A DNA stretch of 64,000 nt from Candidatus Aminicenantes bacterium (GTDB lineage: Bacteria; Acidobacteriota; Aminicenantia; Aminicenantales; Saccharicenantaceae), in the NCBI GenBank assembly GCA_963727095.1, contig CAVSEQ010000002.1:184797-248796 (forward strand), read 5' to 3'. Positions 50,421 through 59,400 of this stretch are shown here, in pieces. The position numbers and the translations under genes were made by a program. Numbering within the stretch: the first letter of the stretch is position 1; each line of letters begins with the position of its first letter. The notes beneath the pieces are model-generated. The model was not told the DNA's origin, did not search any database, and was given only the letters and a program-made list of their open reading frames with translations.

Positions 50421-51137
50421 ATGAGCCTCCGGATCGCTCTCGTCACGGGCGCGAGCCGCGGCATGGGCCGGGCCATCGCGTTGCGGCTTGCCGACGAGGT
50501 CTCCGGCGTCGCCGTCCATTACCTCACCCGACGCGACGAAGCCCAGGAGCTGGCGGCCGCAATCCGGGAAAAGGGCAAGCTTAGCGCGCTCTTCCGCGCC
50601 GACCTGACCAAGAGAGCCCAGGCCTCCGGCCTTATCAAAAAGGTCGAGGAAAAGTTCGGACGAATCGATGTGCTGGTCAACAGCGTGGGGCCGATCCTCG
50701 TCAAGCCATGGGATCAGCTCGAGACGGCCGATTGGGAGCGCGTCCTTCGCGGGAATCTCCTCAGCTCGTACTTCTGCCTCAAGGCCGCCTTGCCGGGGAT
50801 GCGGAAACGCCGATGGGGAAGGATCATCAATGTCGGCTACAGCCGGGCTGAGCAGCTCCACTCCTTTCCGACGATCCTCCCTTACGCCGCCGCGAAGACC
50901 GGGCTGCTGATCGTGACCCGGACGGCCGCGGTGTCCGAAGCGGCGAACGGCATTACGGTCAATATGGTTTCGCCCGGGCTGATGAAAGGCGGCATGCTGC
51001 CGCGCTCCCGGAATCTCAGTGAATCGGAGCTCGGATCCCACGAGGACGTGGCCGACGCCGTCGCTTACCTCGCCTCTGACAGAGCGGCCGCCGTGACGGG
51101 TGTCGACCTCATTGTCGCGGGCACTTGGAAGATGTAA
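50421..51137 (+). CDS. SDR-family oxidoreductase (FabG-like)
   Basis: The cofactor motif is VTGASRGMGRAIA. The active-site motif is YAAAKTG (YxxxK). Confidence 0.8.
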   Translation: MSLRIALVTGASRGMGRAIALRLADEVSGVAVHYLTRRDEAQELAAAIREKGKLSALFRADLTKRAQASGLIKKVEEKFGRIDVLVNSVGPILVKPWDQLETADWERVLRGNLLSSYFCLKAALPGMRKRRWGRIINVGYSRAEQLHSFPTILPYAAAKTGLLIVTRTAAVSEAANGITVNMVSPGLMKGGMLPRSRNLSESELGSHEDVADAVAYLASDRAAAVTGVDLIVAGTWKM

Positions 51138-51155
51138 GAAAGAAAGAAAAAGAAA

Positions 51156-51203
51156 GGGCCAGGCCTATTTTTTGCTAAAAGTGGCAGAAAGTAGACCTGG
51201 CCC
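51156..51203 (+). terminator. long imperfect hairpin downstream of the SDR gene (possible terminator or structured RNA)
   Basis: GGGCCAGGCCTATTTT (51156-51171) pairs with AAAGTAGACCTGGCCC (51188-51203). That is 16 positions with one mismatch and one G-U, around a 16-nt loop. There is no clean U-tract. Confidence 0.35.
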
Positions 51204-51299
51204 CGTATTTGTCGGTCGCTTGGCCTGGCCGGCGTTGACTTCTCGCCCGGCCCGCGTTAACATTCCGGATAAGTCAGAGAAATCGGTCGGAGGCTGATC

Positions 51300-52160
51300 A
51301 TGATGTTTTATATTTGGATCGCCGGTGGCGTTGTTTTCATTTTTCTGATAGGCATCCGCATCATCCGTCCCACGCATCGGGGCCTCGTCGAGCGGTTGGG
51401 ACGCTACAACCGGTTCGTGAAGGCCGGCTTCCAGTGGGTCATTCCGGGCATCGAGATGCTGCATCAGATCAATATCACCGAGCAGATGGTGGACGCCGCA
51501 CCTCAGGAAATAATCACCTATGACAACCTCAACGCCCGCGTGGACGCCCAGGTCTATTTCAAGGTCAAGGACGACGAGGAGAGTGTCAAAGCGTCGCAGT
51601 ACAACGTCAACAACTACCAATGGCAGATCGTCAACCTGGCCCGCACGACTCTCCGCAATATCATCGGCACCCTGACCCTGAAGTCGGCGAACAGCGAGCG
51701 CGGCAAGATCAACGAGGAGCTCCTTAAAACCCTTTCCACAGAGACCTCCCGCTGGGGCATCGATATCGTCCGGACGGAACTCAAAGAAATCGATCCGCCG
51801 AAAGACGTCCAGGAAACCATGAACAAGGTCGTCAAAGCCGAGAATGAGAAGGTCGCGGCCATCGACTTTGCCACGGCCCGGGAAACGGTGGCCGACGGCG
51901 AGCGCCGGGCCGAGATCAAGAAGGCCGACGGCGTCCGTCAGGCCAAGATCCTCGAGGCCCAGGGCGAGGCGGAAGCCATCCGCCTGGTCAACGAGGCCGC
52001 GGAGAAGTATTTTGTCGGAAACGCCCAGATCCTGCGCCGCCTGCAGGCTTTCGAAACGGCTCTTCAGAATAACGCAAAGATCATCGTTCCGTCGGACAGG
52101 GACATCGTCAACGTCATCGGCGAGATGGCCGGAATCCTGCCGATCCCCAAAAGGCAATAG
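51300..52160 (+). CDS. SPFH/band-7 (stomatin/prohibitin-like) membrane protein
   Basis: An N-terminal TM helix is followed by an SPFH core (..ITYDNLNARVDAQVYFKV..) and a C-terminal coiled-coil AEGEAEA region. Confidence 0.8.
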   Translation: MMFYIWIAGGVVFIFLIGIRIIRPTHRGLVERLGRYNRFVKAGFQWVIPGIEMLHQINITEQMVDAAPQEIITYDNLNARVDAQVYFKVKDDEESVKASQYNVNNYQWQIVNLARTTLRNIIGTLTLKSANSERGKINEELLKTLSTETSRWGIDIVRTELKEIDPPKDVQETMNKVVKAENEKVAAIDFATARETVADGERRAEIKKADGVRQAKILEAQGEAEAIRLVNEAAEKYFVGNAQILRRLQAFETALQNNAKIIVPSDRDIVNVIGEMAGILPIPKRQ

Positions 52161-52240
52161 GCCCCGAGGCTAGAGAGGAAGACGAAACAGGCCTTCGCAA
52201 CGCCTCATCCGGCCTTTTTTAATTAATCTCAAAAAAAGGC

Positions 52241-52285
52241 TTGACAGCATAGGCTGTACGCTATATACTATGTATAACATAGTAT
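52241..52285 (+). promoter_or_regulatory. sigma-70-type promoter with an overlapping perfect palindromic operator upstream of padR
   Basis: TTGACA (52241-52246), a 17-nt spacer and TATACT (52264-52269) form the promoter. The palindrome ATACTATGT-ATA-ACATAGTAT (52265-52285) contains ATGT/ACAT half-sites of the kind PadR proteins bind. Confidence 0.6.
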
Positions 52286-52300
52286 GAGGCACACAGTAAA

Positions 52301-52627
52301 ATGATAAGCAAAGAGCATTTCGAAAACCTTCGTCTCGAATTGCGGCGGGGCTGCCTGGTTCTCGCTGTGATGGCCGAGCTCCGGGCCGAGCAGTACGGCT
52401 ACACCTTGCGCAAAGCTCTTGTCGACCACGGCTTGGCCATCGATGAGGGAACGCTTTATCCACTCCTCCGGCGCCTGGAAAGCCAGGGATTGCTCGTGAG
52501 CGAATGGCGCGAGGAGAACAGGCGCAACAAGCGTTTCTACCGGCTTTCCGCCGACGGCGCCGAAATCCTTGCCGAGCTTATCGCCGAATGGCGGAGCATC
52601 AACGCGTCCCTCAATGGAATTCTTTAA
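52301..52627 (+). CDS. padR: PadR-family transcriptional regulator
   Basis: 108 aa. The winged-helix pattern GYTLRKAL...GTLYPLLRRLESQGLL.SEW is present. Confidence 0.85.
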   Translation: MISKEHFENLRLELRRGCLVLAVMAELRAEQYGYTLRKALVDHGLAIDEGTLYPLLRRLESQGLLVSEWREENRRNKRFYRLSADGAEILAELIAEWRSINASLNGIL

Positions 52628-52638
52628 GGAGCAATGTC

Positions 52639-53676
52639 ATGGATTTACTCGACCGTTACCTGCAGGCAGTGAAATTCTGGCTGCCGAAGTCACAGAAAAA
52701 GGACATTATCGCCGAGCTCGCGGAGGACATCCATTCGCACATCGACGATAAGGCCGGCGAATTGGGCCGCGGGCTGACGGAAGATGAGCTCGAAGCCGTC
52801 CTCAAGCGCTATGGGCCCCCGATGATCGTGGCCGAACGCTACCTGCCGCAGCGACACTTGATCGGCCCCTTGCTGTACCCGATTTATCGGTTCGTCCTAA
52901 AACTCGTAGCGCTTGTTTACCTCGTGCCCTGGTTCTTGGTTTGGCTCTTTCTCGTCGCTTTTATCCCGTCTTACCGCGCCGCGCATCCCGGACCGGATCT
53001 GCTCAAGACACTGTCGACGTTGTGGAATATCGCCTTCTATTCCTTTGGGTTTATCACCGTGGCCTTTGCTATCGCCGAACGGGTTCACGTGAAGTCCAAG
53101 TATTTTGAGCGTTGGAATCCGCGCAAGCTTCCGGTCGTGCGGGACCCCTATAAGATCCCTCGCGGGCAATCCATCGTTGAGATCGTTTGCGGCGCCCTCT
53201 TTGCCCTGTGGTGGGTGAATGTCCTGCGGTTTCCGGTCGTCATCATCGACAGCGCCGCTTCCGTCCGCTGGACGCTCGGTCCGGTTTGGGAGAACTTGCA
53301 CCACGGATTCTATTATCCGTTCCTTGTGCTGGGGCTCGCAGGGGCGGTGACGGCCGCGTTCAATCTGGCCCGGCCCACTTGGACCCGGCTTCGATTGGGA
53401 ATCCGGGCCGCCATGGACGCCGTTGCCGCGGTCCTGCTCGGCTTCGTCCTCTCGGCTCACTGGCTCGAGGTCAAGGCCCAGTTGGCGATCGTGAGTGCCT
53501 CTCGCGCCCAACTCTCGAAAGCTGAGCTCCTGGCCGATTGGACGAATATCGGCGTCTCTATGTCCCTCGCGGTCGCCCTGATCATCCTTTTCCTGACATG
53601 CCTCCGAGGGATCCTCCGCATTCTGCGTTGGGACCGGATTGAGAGACAGTCCGCACCGGCAGCTCAATCCCGATGA
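52639..53676 (+). CDS. polytopic membrane protein of the type commonly partnered with PadR regulators
   Basis: I chose the internal ATG at 52639. The N-terminus LDRYLQAVKFWLPKSQKKDIIAELAEDIHSHI is typical of PadR-adjacent membrane proteins. It is followed by about 6 TM helices. Confidence 0.6.
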   Translation: MDLLDRYLQAVKFWLPKSQKKDIIAELAEDIHSHIDDKAGELGRGLTEDELEAVLKRYGPPMIVAERYLPQRHLIGPLLYPIYRFVLKLVALVYLVPWFLVWLFLVAFIPSYRAAHPGPDLLKTLSTLWNIAFYSFGFITVAFAIAERVHVKSKYFERWNPRKLPVVRDPYKIPRGQSIVEIVCGALFALWWVNVLRFPVVIIDSAASVRWTLGPVWENLHHGFYYPFLVLGLAGAVTAAFNLARPTWTRLRLGIRAAMDAVAAVLLGFVLSAHWLEVKAQLAIVSASRAQLSKAELLADWTNIGVSMSLAVALIILFLTCLRGILRILRWDRIERQSAPAAQSR

Positions 53677-53739
53677 CGCACAATGAAGAGAGCGTCACCG
53701 ACGCCTGAAAACCTTGAAATTGCCGGGCAGAACGAACGC

Positions 53740-54909
53740 TTAGTCGATCCCGGCCAGGCGAATCTGGACCTTCCGGGATTTTCCTTCCCGCTCGACGGTG
53801 AGCGTGACCGTCTGCCCGATTTTGTAATTGTCCAATGCCGTGAAGAGGTCGTCGTAGGACTTGACCTTGGCGGCGTCGACGCCGGTGATGATGTCGCGGG
53901 CGAAAACCCGGCCGAAGGCATCACGCGTGAGCCCTCTCAGGCCGAGCTCATAGGCTTGGCTCGTGTGGGGAACGTCGCGGATAATCACGCCTTCGATCCT
54001 CGATCTCCGCGCGTACTCATCGGGAACGAACGTGATGCCTCCGATCCCCGGATGGGTCACCTTGCCGTACTGGATGATCTGCGGCACGATCGCCTTGATG
54101 GTGTCCACGGGAACCGCGAACCCGACGCCGCTCGAGGTCCCGGACGGGCTGATGATCATGGTATTCATGCCGATGAGGAAGCCCGATGAATCGAGGAGCG
54201 GGCCTCCCGAGTTACCGGGGTTGATGGAGGCGTCGGTCTGGATCATGTCGCGGATCGTTACGTCTCCTGCGCCCGGCATGTTCCGGCCCAACGCGCTGAC
54301 GATGCCCTCCGTGACGGTGTGATCGAACCCGAAGGGGTTGCCGATGGCGATGACCTTCTGGCCGACCTGGAGGTCGGCTGAGGTTCCGATCCGCACAGGC
54401 TCAAGGTCAGGAACTTTTTCCTGAAGCTGAAGCACGGCGATATCCTTGACGGGCTCCTTGCCGATGAGCTTGGCCTCGATCTGTTTTTGGCTGGGAAGGC
54501 TGACGATGAACTTGACGCCGTCCTCGATGACATGAAAATTGGTCACGATCCGGCCCTCATTGTCCCAGACAAAACCCGATCCGCTGCCGCGGGCCACAGG
54601 CTGGTCGGACTGGTAGAAAAGATCCGTGACATACTGCAGGTTGGTGATGAAGACGACGGAGTTTTTGGTCCCCTTGACCACCTCGATCGTATTGAGTTCG
54701 TCTTCGGTGAAACGGCGGGCCGGCCGGCTTTGTTCTTGCCCCGCCGCTGAAGGCGAGGCGGTCCCGACCGCGGCGCCGGGACTTGTCAACGGAGTGCTGC
54801 CGGTTTTCGCCGAAGACGGCGGTCCGGAACGCCGGCTGTGCGTATCGCCGCAGGTGTAGAGGGACATACCAAGAATAACGGTGATGATGACGAAAGTCTT
54901 CTTGTGCAT
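53740..54909 (-). CDS. htrA: HtrA/DegP-family serine protease with a C-terminal PDZ domain, probable lipoprotein
   Basis: I chose the internal ATG at 54909. A lipobox-like LYTCGD is present. Trypsin-fold motifs VTNFHVI, DIAVLQL and GNSGGPLLD are followed by a PDZ region. Confidence 0.85.
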   Translation of the reverse strand: MHKKTFVIITVILGMSLYTCGDTHSRRSGPPSSAKTGSTPLTSPGAAVGTASPSAAGQEQSRPARRFTEDELNTIEVVKGTKNSVVFITNLQYVTDLFYQSDQPVARGSGSGFVWDNEGRIVTNFHVIEDGVKFIVSLPSQKQIEAKLIGKEPVKDIAVLQLQEKVPDLEPVRIGTSADLQVGQKVIAIGNPFGFDHTVTEGIVSALGRNMPGAGDVTIRDMIQTDASINPGNSGGPLLDSSGFLIGMNTMIISPSGTSSGVGFAVPVDTIKAIVPQIIQYGKVTHPGIGGITFVPDEYARRSRIEGVIIRDVPHTSQAYELGLRGLTRDAFGRVFARDIITGVDAAKVKSYDDLFTALDNYKIGQTVTLTVEREGKSRKVQIRLAGID

Positions 54910-54914
54910 GATGA

Positions 54915-55856
54915 TTATCCTTTTCTTAGAATGTGGCGGGAGAAGAATTCCCAAATGATGTCATTGGCGTTGATGGCCGTGGTCGCCTTGCCGAGGAGGC
55001 GTTCGGCCCGGACCCGGCCCGGCCAAGTGTGTCCGCCTCCCCGAATCTCGTAGAGAATGACTTCGAAACCGCCGGACCGCGGGGCGTAGGTGTGTCGAAC
55101 GACCTCGGTGCCGTCGCCGGTCGTGTTGGGGAGCACGGTGTCTTCAGGGACAGGACGGGCGCCGTCGATGCGGACCCACGTCCCGATCGTGGTCATGACC
55201 GAGCGATGGGCATTGCCTAGAGCCGTCCGCGACCCTCGGCCGCCGTTCCACGGGACATATTCGTCGTCGCTTCCGTGAAAATGGAGCACGGGTTTCGGCA
55301 CTTTCACCAGCGCCGGATCGAGGTCCAGAGTGCCGGCCACGGCCGCGACGGCGGCAACGATATCCGGAGCCTCGACCGCCAACCGGTAGGCCATCATGGC
55401 GCCGTTCGAAATCCCCGTAACATAGACTCTGGATGGATCGCCGCGATAGGTTTTGAGAACGAAAGCGACGACTTCGCGGAGGAACCCGACGTCATCGATG
55501 TTGTGGCTCTGGGCATAGCCGCAGCACGCGCCTGAGTTCCAGGTCAGGACGCGGGGCAGCCGGCCTGTGCCGTCCGGATAGACGACAATGAACCCCGCCT
55601 GTTCGGCCTTCTCGCTGAGTCCGGTAAAGCGGCTCATCGTGAGGCCGTCCGTCGCGCCGCCGTGAAGGGCCAGGACGACCGGGAGCAGCCCCGCGGCCCC
55701 GGCGGACGCGGCCGCCTCCGCCCGCGAGGGAATGAAAACGCGGAACGTTCGCTCGAGTTCCTGGAATGTCAGGGCATGGAGTTTGTCGGATGATTTCAAA
55801 AGAGGCGCGGCTGCCGAGCAAAAGACGACGATGAAGAGGAGCGCGGCGATCTTCAT
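54915..55856 (-). CDS. secreted PHB-depolymerase-family esterase (alpha/beta hydrolase)
   Basis: The ATG at 55856 gives a signal peptide. Motifs LHGGATDG, VVYPDG, WNSGACCG and the nucleophile elbow GISNGA are present. Confidence 0.7.
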   Translation of the reverse strand: MKIAALLFIVVFCSAAAPLLKSSDKLHALTFQELERTFRVFIPSRAEAAASAGAAGLLPVVLALHGGATDGLTMSRFTGLSEKAEQAGFIVVYPDGTGRLPRVLTWNSGACCGYAQSHNIDDVGFLREVVAFVLKTYRGDPSRVYVTGISNGAMMAYRLAVEAPDIVAAVAAVAGTLDLDPALVKVPKPVLHFHGSDDEYVPWNGGRGSRTALGNAHRSVMTTIGTWVRIDGARPVPEDTVLPNTTGDGTEVVRHTYAPRSGGFEVILYEIRGGGHTWPGRVRAERLLGKATTAINANDIIWEFFSRHILRKG

Positions 55857-55919
55857 GTCATCCCATGCCACCCTTCTTATTATACAGAACCCGGCGCCAA
55901 AATTGTCGGCGGCGACGCA

Positions 55920-56270
55920 TCAGGCGCTTTTCTTCGCCAGCATTTCATCGAGAAAGGCAACGGCCCGCCGCAGGTGAGGGATGACGATCGAGCCGCCAAC
56001 AACCAAGCCGACGGCGAAGGTCTCGTGCAACTCCTGCGCCGTGGCGCCCTTGTCGAGCGCCTGGATGATGTGATACGTCACGCAGTCGTCGCAGCGCAGG
56101 ACCAAGGACGAGACGAGCCCCATCAGCTCCTTGGTCTTGGCGTCGAGGGCGCCGGGATGGTAGACCCTGTCGTCGATTCCAAAAAACCTCTTCGTTTCGA
56201 GGGTCCCGTCCTCCAGAATCCGGGCGTTCATGTCGTGACGGAATTTCGTGAAATCCTCACATCGGCCCAT
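55920..56270 (-). CDS. carboxymuconolactone decarboxylase (AhpD-like) family protein
   Basis: 116 aa. The CxxC-type motif LRCDDCVTYH is typical of the CMD/AhpD fold. Confidence 0.7.
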   Translation of the reverse strand: MGRCEDFTKFRHDMNARILEDGTLETKRFFGIDDRVYHPGALDAKTKELMGLVSSLVLRCDDCVTYHIIQALDKGATAQELHETFAVGLVVGGSIVIPHLRRAVAFLDEMLAKKSA

Positions 56271-56293
56271 GGTGTTTTCTCCTTGCTTGCGAA

Positions 56294-56315
56294 AAAGTAT
56301 ACCATGGTATACTTT
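56294..56315. promoter_or_regulatory. 22-bp perfect palindrome (candidate operator) upstream of the CMD-family gene
   Basis: AAAGTATACCATGGTATACTTT is its own reverse complement. It lies 24-45 nt upstream of the ATG at 56270. Confidence 0.55.
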
Positions 56316-56334
56316 ACCCGTTCGCCGACGCTAA

Positions 56335-56410
56335 GTCCCGCCTTTCAAGGCGGGGACAAGGAGCGAGGCTCAGGGTTAACCCCGAACAAGCCCCGGCATT
56401 CATGCCGGGG
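56335..56410. repeat. two similarly built GC-rich hairpins with TTCA tetraloops flanking a GGTTAACC palindrome
   Basis: The first hairpin is CCCGCCT-TTCA-AGGCGGG(GAC). The second is CCCCGGCA-TTCA-TGCCGGGG(AC). GGTTAACC lies between them. The strand of any transcript is unknown. Confidence 0.5.
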
Positions 56411-56439
56411 ACTCGAGGGGTTGACTTCGCGAGGACACC

Positions 56440-56880
56440 ATGAACATCGAATTGACGAAGGAACAGCTCGAAAGCCTGGCCAAGCTCGTTTACCTCGGGA
56501 ACATCATGGCCAACAGCTGGCGGACGGACGATGTCATCGAGGAATATGACGAGGTCGAAAGTCTCGTCCTCGCCGCGGCGGAGAAAAACGGCTTGGAGGA
56601 TTACGTCGAAAAGGACGAAGAAGAAAAAAACCTCCTGCCGTCGGCGGAGCTCGAAGAGAAGATGGCCGGGACGGTCGATTTCTATAACGACAATACGTTC
56701 TGGGACCAACTCATCTTCCGCATGGCCGACCGCGATTACGCGAGGAAGTACGGCGAGCAAGCCCTGGCGGAGCTGTCAACGGAAAAGGGGATGGAGCGGG
56801 AGAAACCGCTCCTCGACAAGTACGAGAAGGAATTCAACGAACACGGGCTTGACCGGATCGACCTGCGGCGCGATAACTAA
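56440..56880 (+). CDS. hypothetical acidic protein
   Basis: 146 aa, Glu/Asp-rich, with no motif I recognise. Its codon composition looks native. Confidence 0.5.
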   Translation: MNIELTKEQLESLAKLVYLGNIMANSWRTDDVIEEYDEVESLVLAAAEKNGLEDYVEKDEEEKNLLPSAELEEKMAGTVDFYNDNTFWDQLIFRMADRDYARKYGEQALAELSTEKGMEREKPLLDKYEKEFNEHGLDRIDLRRDN

Positions 56881-56949
56881 GCTTTTTCCCTCGGCCTCCC
56901 GGCGGCGTCATTCCCAAGCCCGCCCTTTGTTCGCCGGAATCATCAGGCG

Positions 56950-58311
56950 CTATTTTTTCGGCGTTTCGTGGATCCTCTCGCGCCAGGTCCAGTCATCGTC
57001 CTTGTCCATGATTATCTTCGTGATTTCGTACGTCATGCGGCCGCCGTCGTCCTTTTGATTGGACCCGAGGCTGTAGATGAGGAGTTCGCCGTTTGCGATT
57101 TTGTAGACGAGCGGTTTTCCGGTGAATGGGTCGATGGGGACCTCGCTCAGGATGTCCGGCACGAGGGCATCGAGCGTGTCCGGATAGCGCCCGGTTTTGC
57201 TCTTATAGATCTTACAGGCCAGCCCGGCCCGGGCCGTGAGCATCATTGCCTCAAACGAGGCTTCCTTGAGGAACATCGCTCCTATCTCGGGAACATACGC
57301 GCGGAGGAGTTTTTGAGGCCACGATTGCGGAGCCTCATCCCGCAAGTATTTCTTGACCAGATCCCGCTGCTCGTAATAGGGCCTTTCGGACATGCTCTCC
57401 AGCTCCGGAAAGACAGTCAAGGCCGTAAGCACCTGAGCCTTAAGAAGTGGTCTAAGCAGCCAGGCGACGGCCCGATGGTAGGCACCGGAGCCATAGAAGT
57501 CTTTTACCGTCTCTGGCCGTCCTTTTATGACTTCCATACACACTTCGAGCATGAGCGCCTTTTCCCCCGGCAGGCACCTGAAGAAACGCGAACGCCACGG
57601 GCCCGGGTCCATCTCTTTGACCCAGCGGGCCAGGCCTTCGGGGTCGAGGTCGCAGCCGCTTGCGATCCGGTCGAACGAAATCTGGACGGCCTTCCTCACG
57701 GCTAAGGCGATGAGCATGTCGAGCAAAACAGGCTCGTCCAAGAGCTTGCTGGAAAAGCGCATGCCGGAACGGCTCTCCTCCAAGGCTTGGCCGACCGCGC
57801 CCTTTTCGGCGTGGAGAACGGCGTCTATAGCCAGCAACCGAATGGCCTTGATCAGACTGATTGCAGGAGGAATTTTCGCGTCATAGGCAAGGCTACCGGT
57901 CCAGTCCCGGTACCGGAAGCATGGCCTCTCAGCCGCCTCGGCGATGAGGTCTAGGACCTTTTTGTTCTTTTCGGTCAGGCGGCTTAGCTTTTCTTTGGCT
58001 GTATTATCAAAAGGCAGTCCGGTGTAAAACGACTCGATCGTCTTGCTCATAAGAATGTTATCGTCCTTTTCTACGAGGAGCAGCGCTTCGGCGGCCTTCC
58101 ACAGGCGGGCGCCGTTGTCGGCATCCGGGCAATTAGGCACCAGATCCTTGACCCTCAGTGCGACGCCATCGGCCTTGGCCTGGGCCAGATACCGCTCCAG
58201 CTTCTTCCCCGTCGTGTAGTTCAGGATCGCGCGCGCCGCGAGGACCGCGGTCACAAAGATGAGCAGAACGACGAGGATCCTAATCGAGATCTTTCGGAAT
58301 TTCGCTGCCAT
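56950..58311 (-). CDS. membrane-anchored hypothetical protein, last gene of the ECF sigma/anti-sigma operon
   Basis: 453 aa with an N-terminal TM helix. The C-terminal PIDPFTGKPLVYK...LIYSLGSN resembles pseudopilin-like tails. It overlaps the anti-sigma gene by 32 nt. Confidence 0.6.
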   Translation of the reverse strand: MAAKFRKISIRILVVLLIFVTAVLAARAILNYTTGKKLERYLAQAKADGVALRVKDLVPNCPDADNGARLWKAAEALLLVEKDDNILMSKTIESFYTGLPFDNTAKEKLSRLTEKNKKVLDLIAEAAERPCFRYRDWTGSLAYDAKIPPAISLIKAIRLLAIDAVLHAEKGAVGQALEESRSGMRFSSKLLDEPVLLDMLIALAVRKAVQISFDRIASGCDLDPEGLARWVKEMDPGPWRSRFFRCLPGEKALMLEVCMEVIKGRPETVKDFYGSGAYHRAVAWLLRPLLKAQVLTALTVFPELESMSERPYYEQRDLVKKYLRDEAPQSWPQKLLRAYVPEIGAMFLKEASFEAMMLTARAGLACKIYKSKTGRYPDTLDALVPDILSEVPIDPFTGKPLVYKIANGELLIYSLGSNQKDDGGRMTYEITKIIMDKDDDWTWRERIHETPKK

Positions 58312-58732
58312 CGTGATTCTCCTTCAGGAATTCCATGATCGAGCCGGACGGCCGATTGCCGGCCCGAGGCCCTTGATGGGCTAGGAGCCGCTTTTCCCGG
58401 GCCAGGTCGGCGGGGCTGAGGACATCGCCCAAGTCTTTTGCCACCGACGCCCATTCCGTGTCCGAAGCGCTGCCCGAGATCCGGTTCCCATCGAGAAGAG
58501 CTTGCAGGCGGCTCGCCTGTTTGCCGGACGCCGCCCCGTCCAGGGCGAAAACGGCGATGAGAATCACTCCGCATCCGGCCAGGCAGGCGCGAAGCAGGGG
58601 TGTGGTCCAGGCTCGCTCTTGCCGCTCTTTCCTCGCGGCATCGAGAACCCGCTCTCTCAGCCCCTGTGGCGCTGGTATCGGCGCGAGCGACGCGAGCGTT
58701 CTTTCTAATTTCCGCTCTTCTTCCTTGTTCAT
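58280..58732 (-). CDS. putative anti-sigma factor (single-pass membrane protein)
   Basis: The ATG at 58732 overlaps the sigma-factor stop as ATGA. The protein has a short cytoplasmic region, one TM helix (LLRACLAGCGVILIAVFAL) and an extracytoplasmic tail. Confidence 0.55.
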   Translation of the reverse strand: MNKEEERKLERTLASLAPIPAPQGLRERVLDAARKERQERAWTTPLLRACLAGCGVILIAVFALDGAASGKQASRLQALLDGNRISGSASDTEWASVAKDLGDVLSPADLAREKRLLAHQGPRAGNRPSGSIMEFLKENHDGSEIPKDLD

Positions 58733-59211
58733 ACCTTCCCCTCCATCGATGCACGGAGCTTCTCGAGCGCGTAACGGTAGCGGCTGGCCGCCGTGTTGAT
58801 GGACAGCCCGCATATCCCGGCAATCTCCTTGAACGAAAAGTCCTCGAAGATCTTGAGAATGACGATGTCCTTTTGCTCTTCAGGCAATGCGGCTAGAGCA
58901 CCGGCGATTGCTGCGGCGACGCCGGCACACGGTGCATCCATGATCAACGCCTTTTCGGCCTGCTGTTCAGGATCCAAGCTGTCCGCGGGGTGCGTCAGCC
59001 GGCGCCTCAGAAACCGATTTGACTCGTTTCGCAATACGCTGAAGACAAAGGCCTTCGGATTCCTGATGATGGCCCACCGCACGGAGTATCTGGCCAAACG
59101 GCAGAACGTTTCCTGAAGGACATCCTCCGCATCCTCGGCCGAGCCGAGCCTCAGGACGAGATAATGATACATCTTCTCTCCGAAGCCGTCGTAAAGCTCC
59201 TCAAGCGTCAT
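58729..59211 (-). CDS. ECF (group 4) sigma-70 family RNA polymerase sigma factor
   Basis: 160 aa. The region 2 pattern is AEDVLQETFCRLAR. Region 4 is ...LPEEQKDIVILKIFEDFSFKEIAGICGLSINTAASRYRYAL. Confidence 0.85.
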   Translation of the reverse strand: MTLEELYDGFGEKMYHYLVLRLGSAEDAEDVLQETFCRLARYSVRWAIIRNPKAFVFSVLRNESNRFLRRRLTHPADSLDPEQQAEKALIMDAPCAGVAAAIAGALAALPEEQKDIVILKIFEDFSFKEIAGICGLSINTAASRYRYALEKLRASMEGKV

Positions 59212-59400
59212 ATCATTCCGGATTTCGTCCGCTCAATCTCTATAGACCCGTCCACCCGATGCTTTTGTCTAATGATCCCCAATTCTATGCGAGTGGCGCG
59301 CCGCTGACAACCCTGGGGAATCGAGACGCTATGATCAATTCGGCCTGGAAGCGGTCACCGAATGCGTTTAGGGGGATGGATACTCCCGAGGAGCCAGAGG

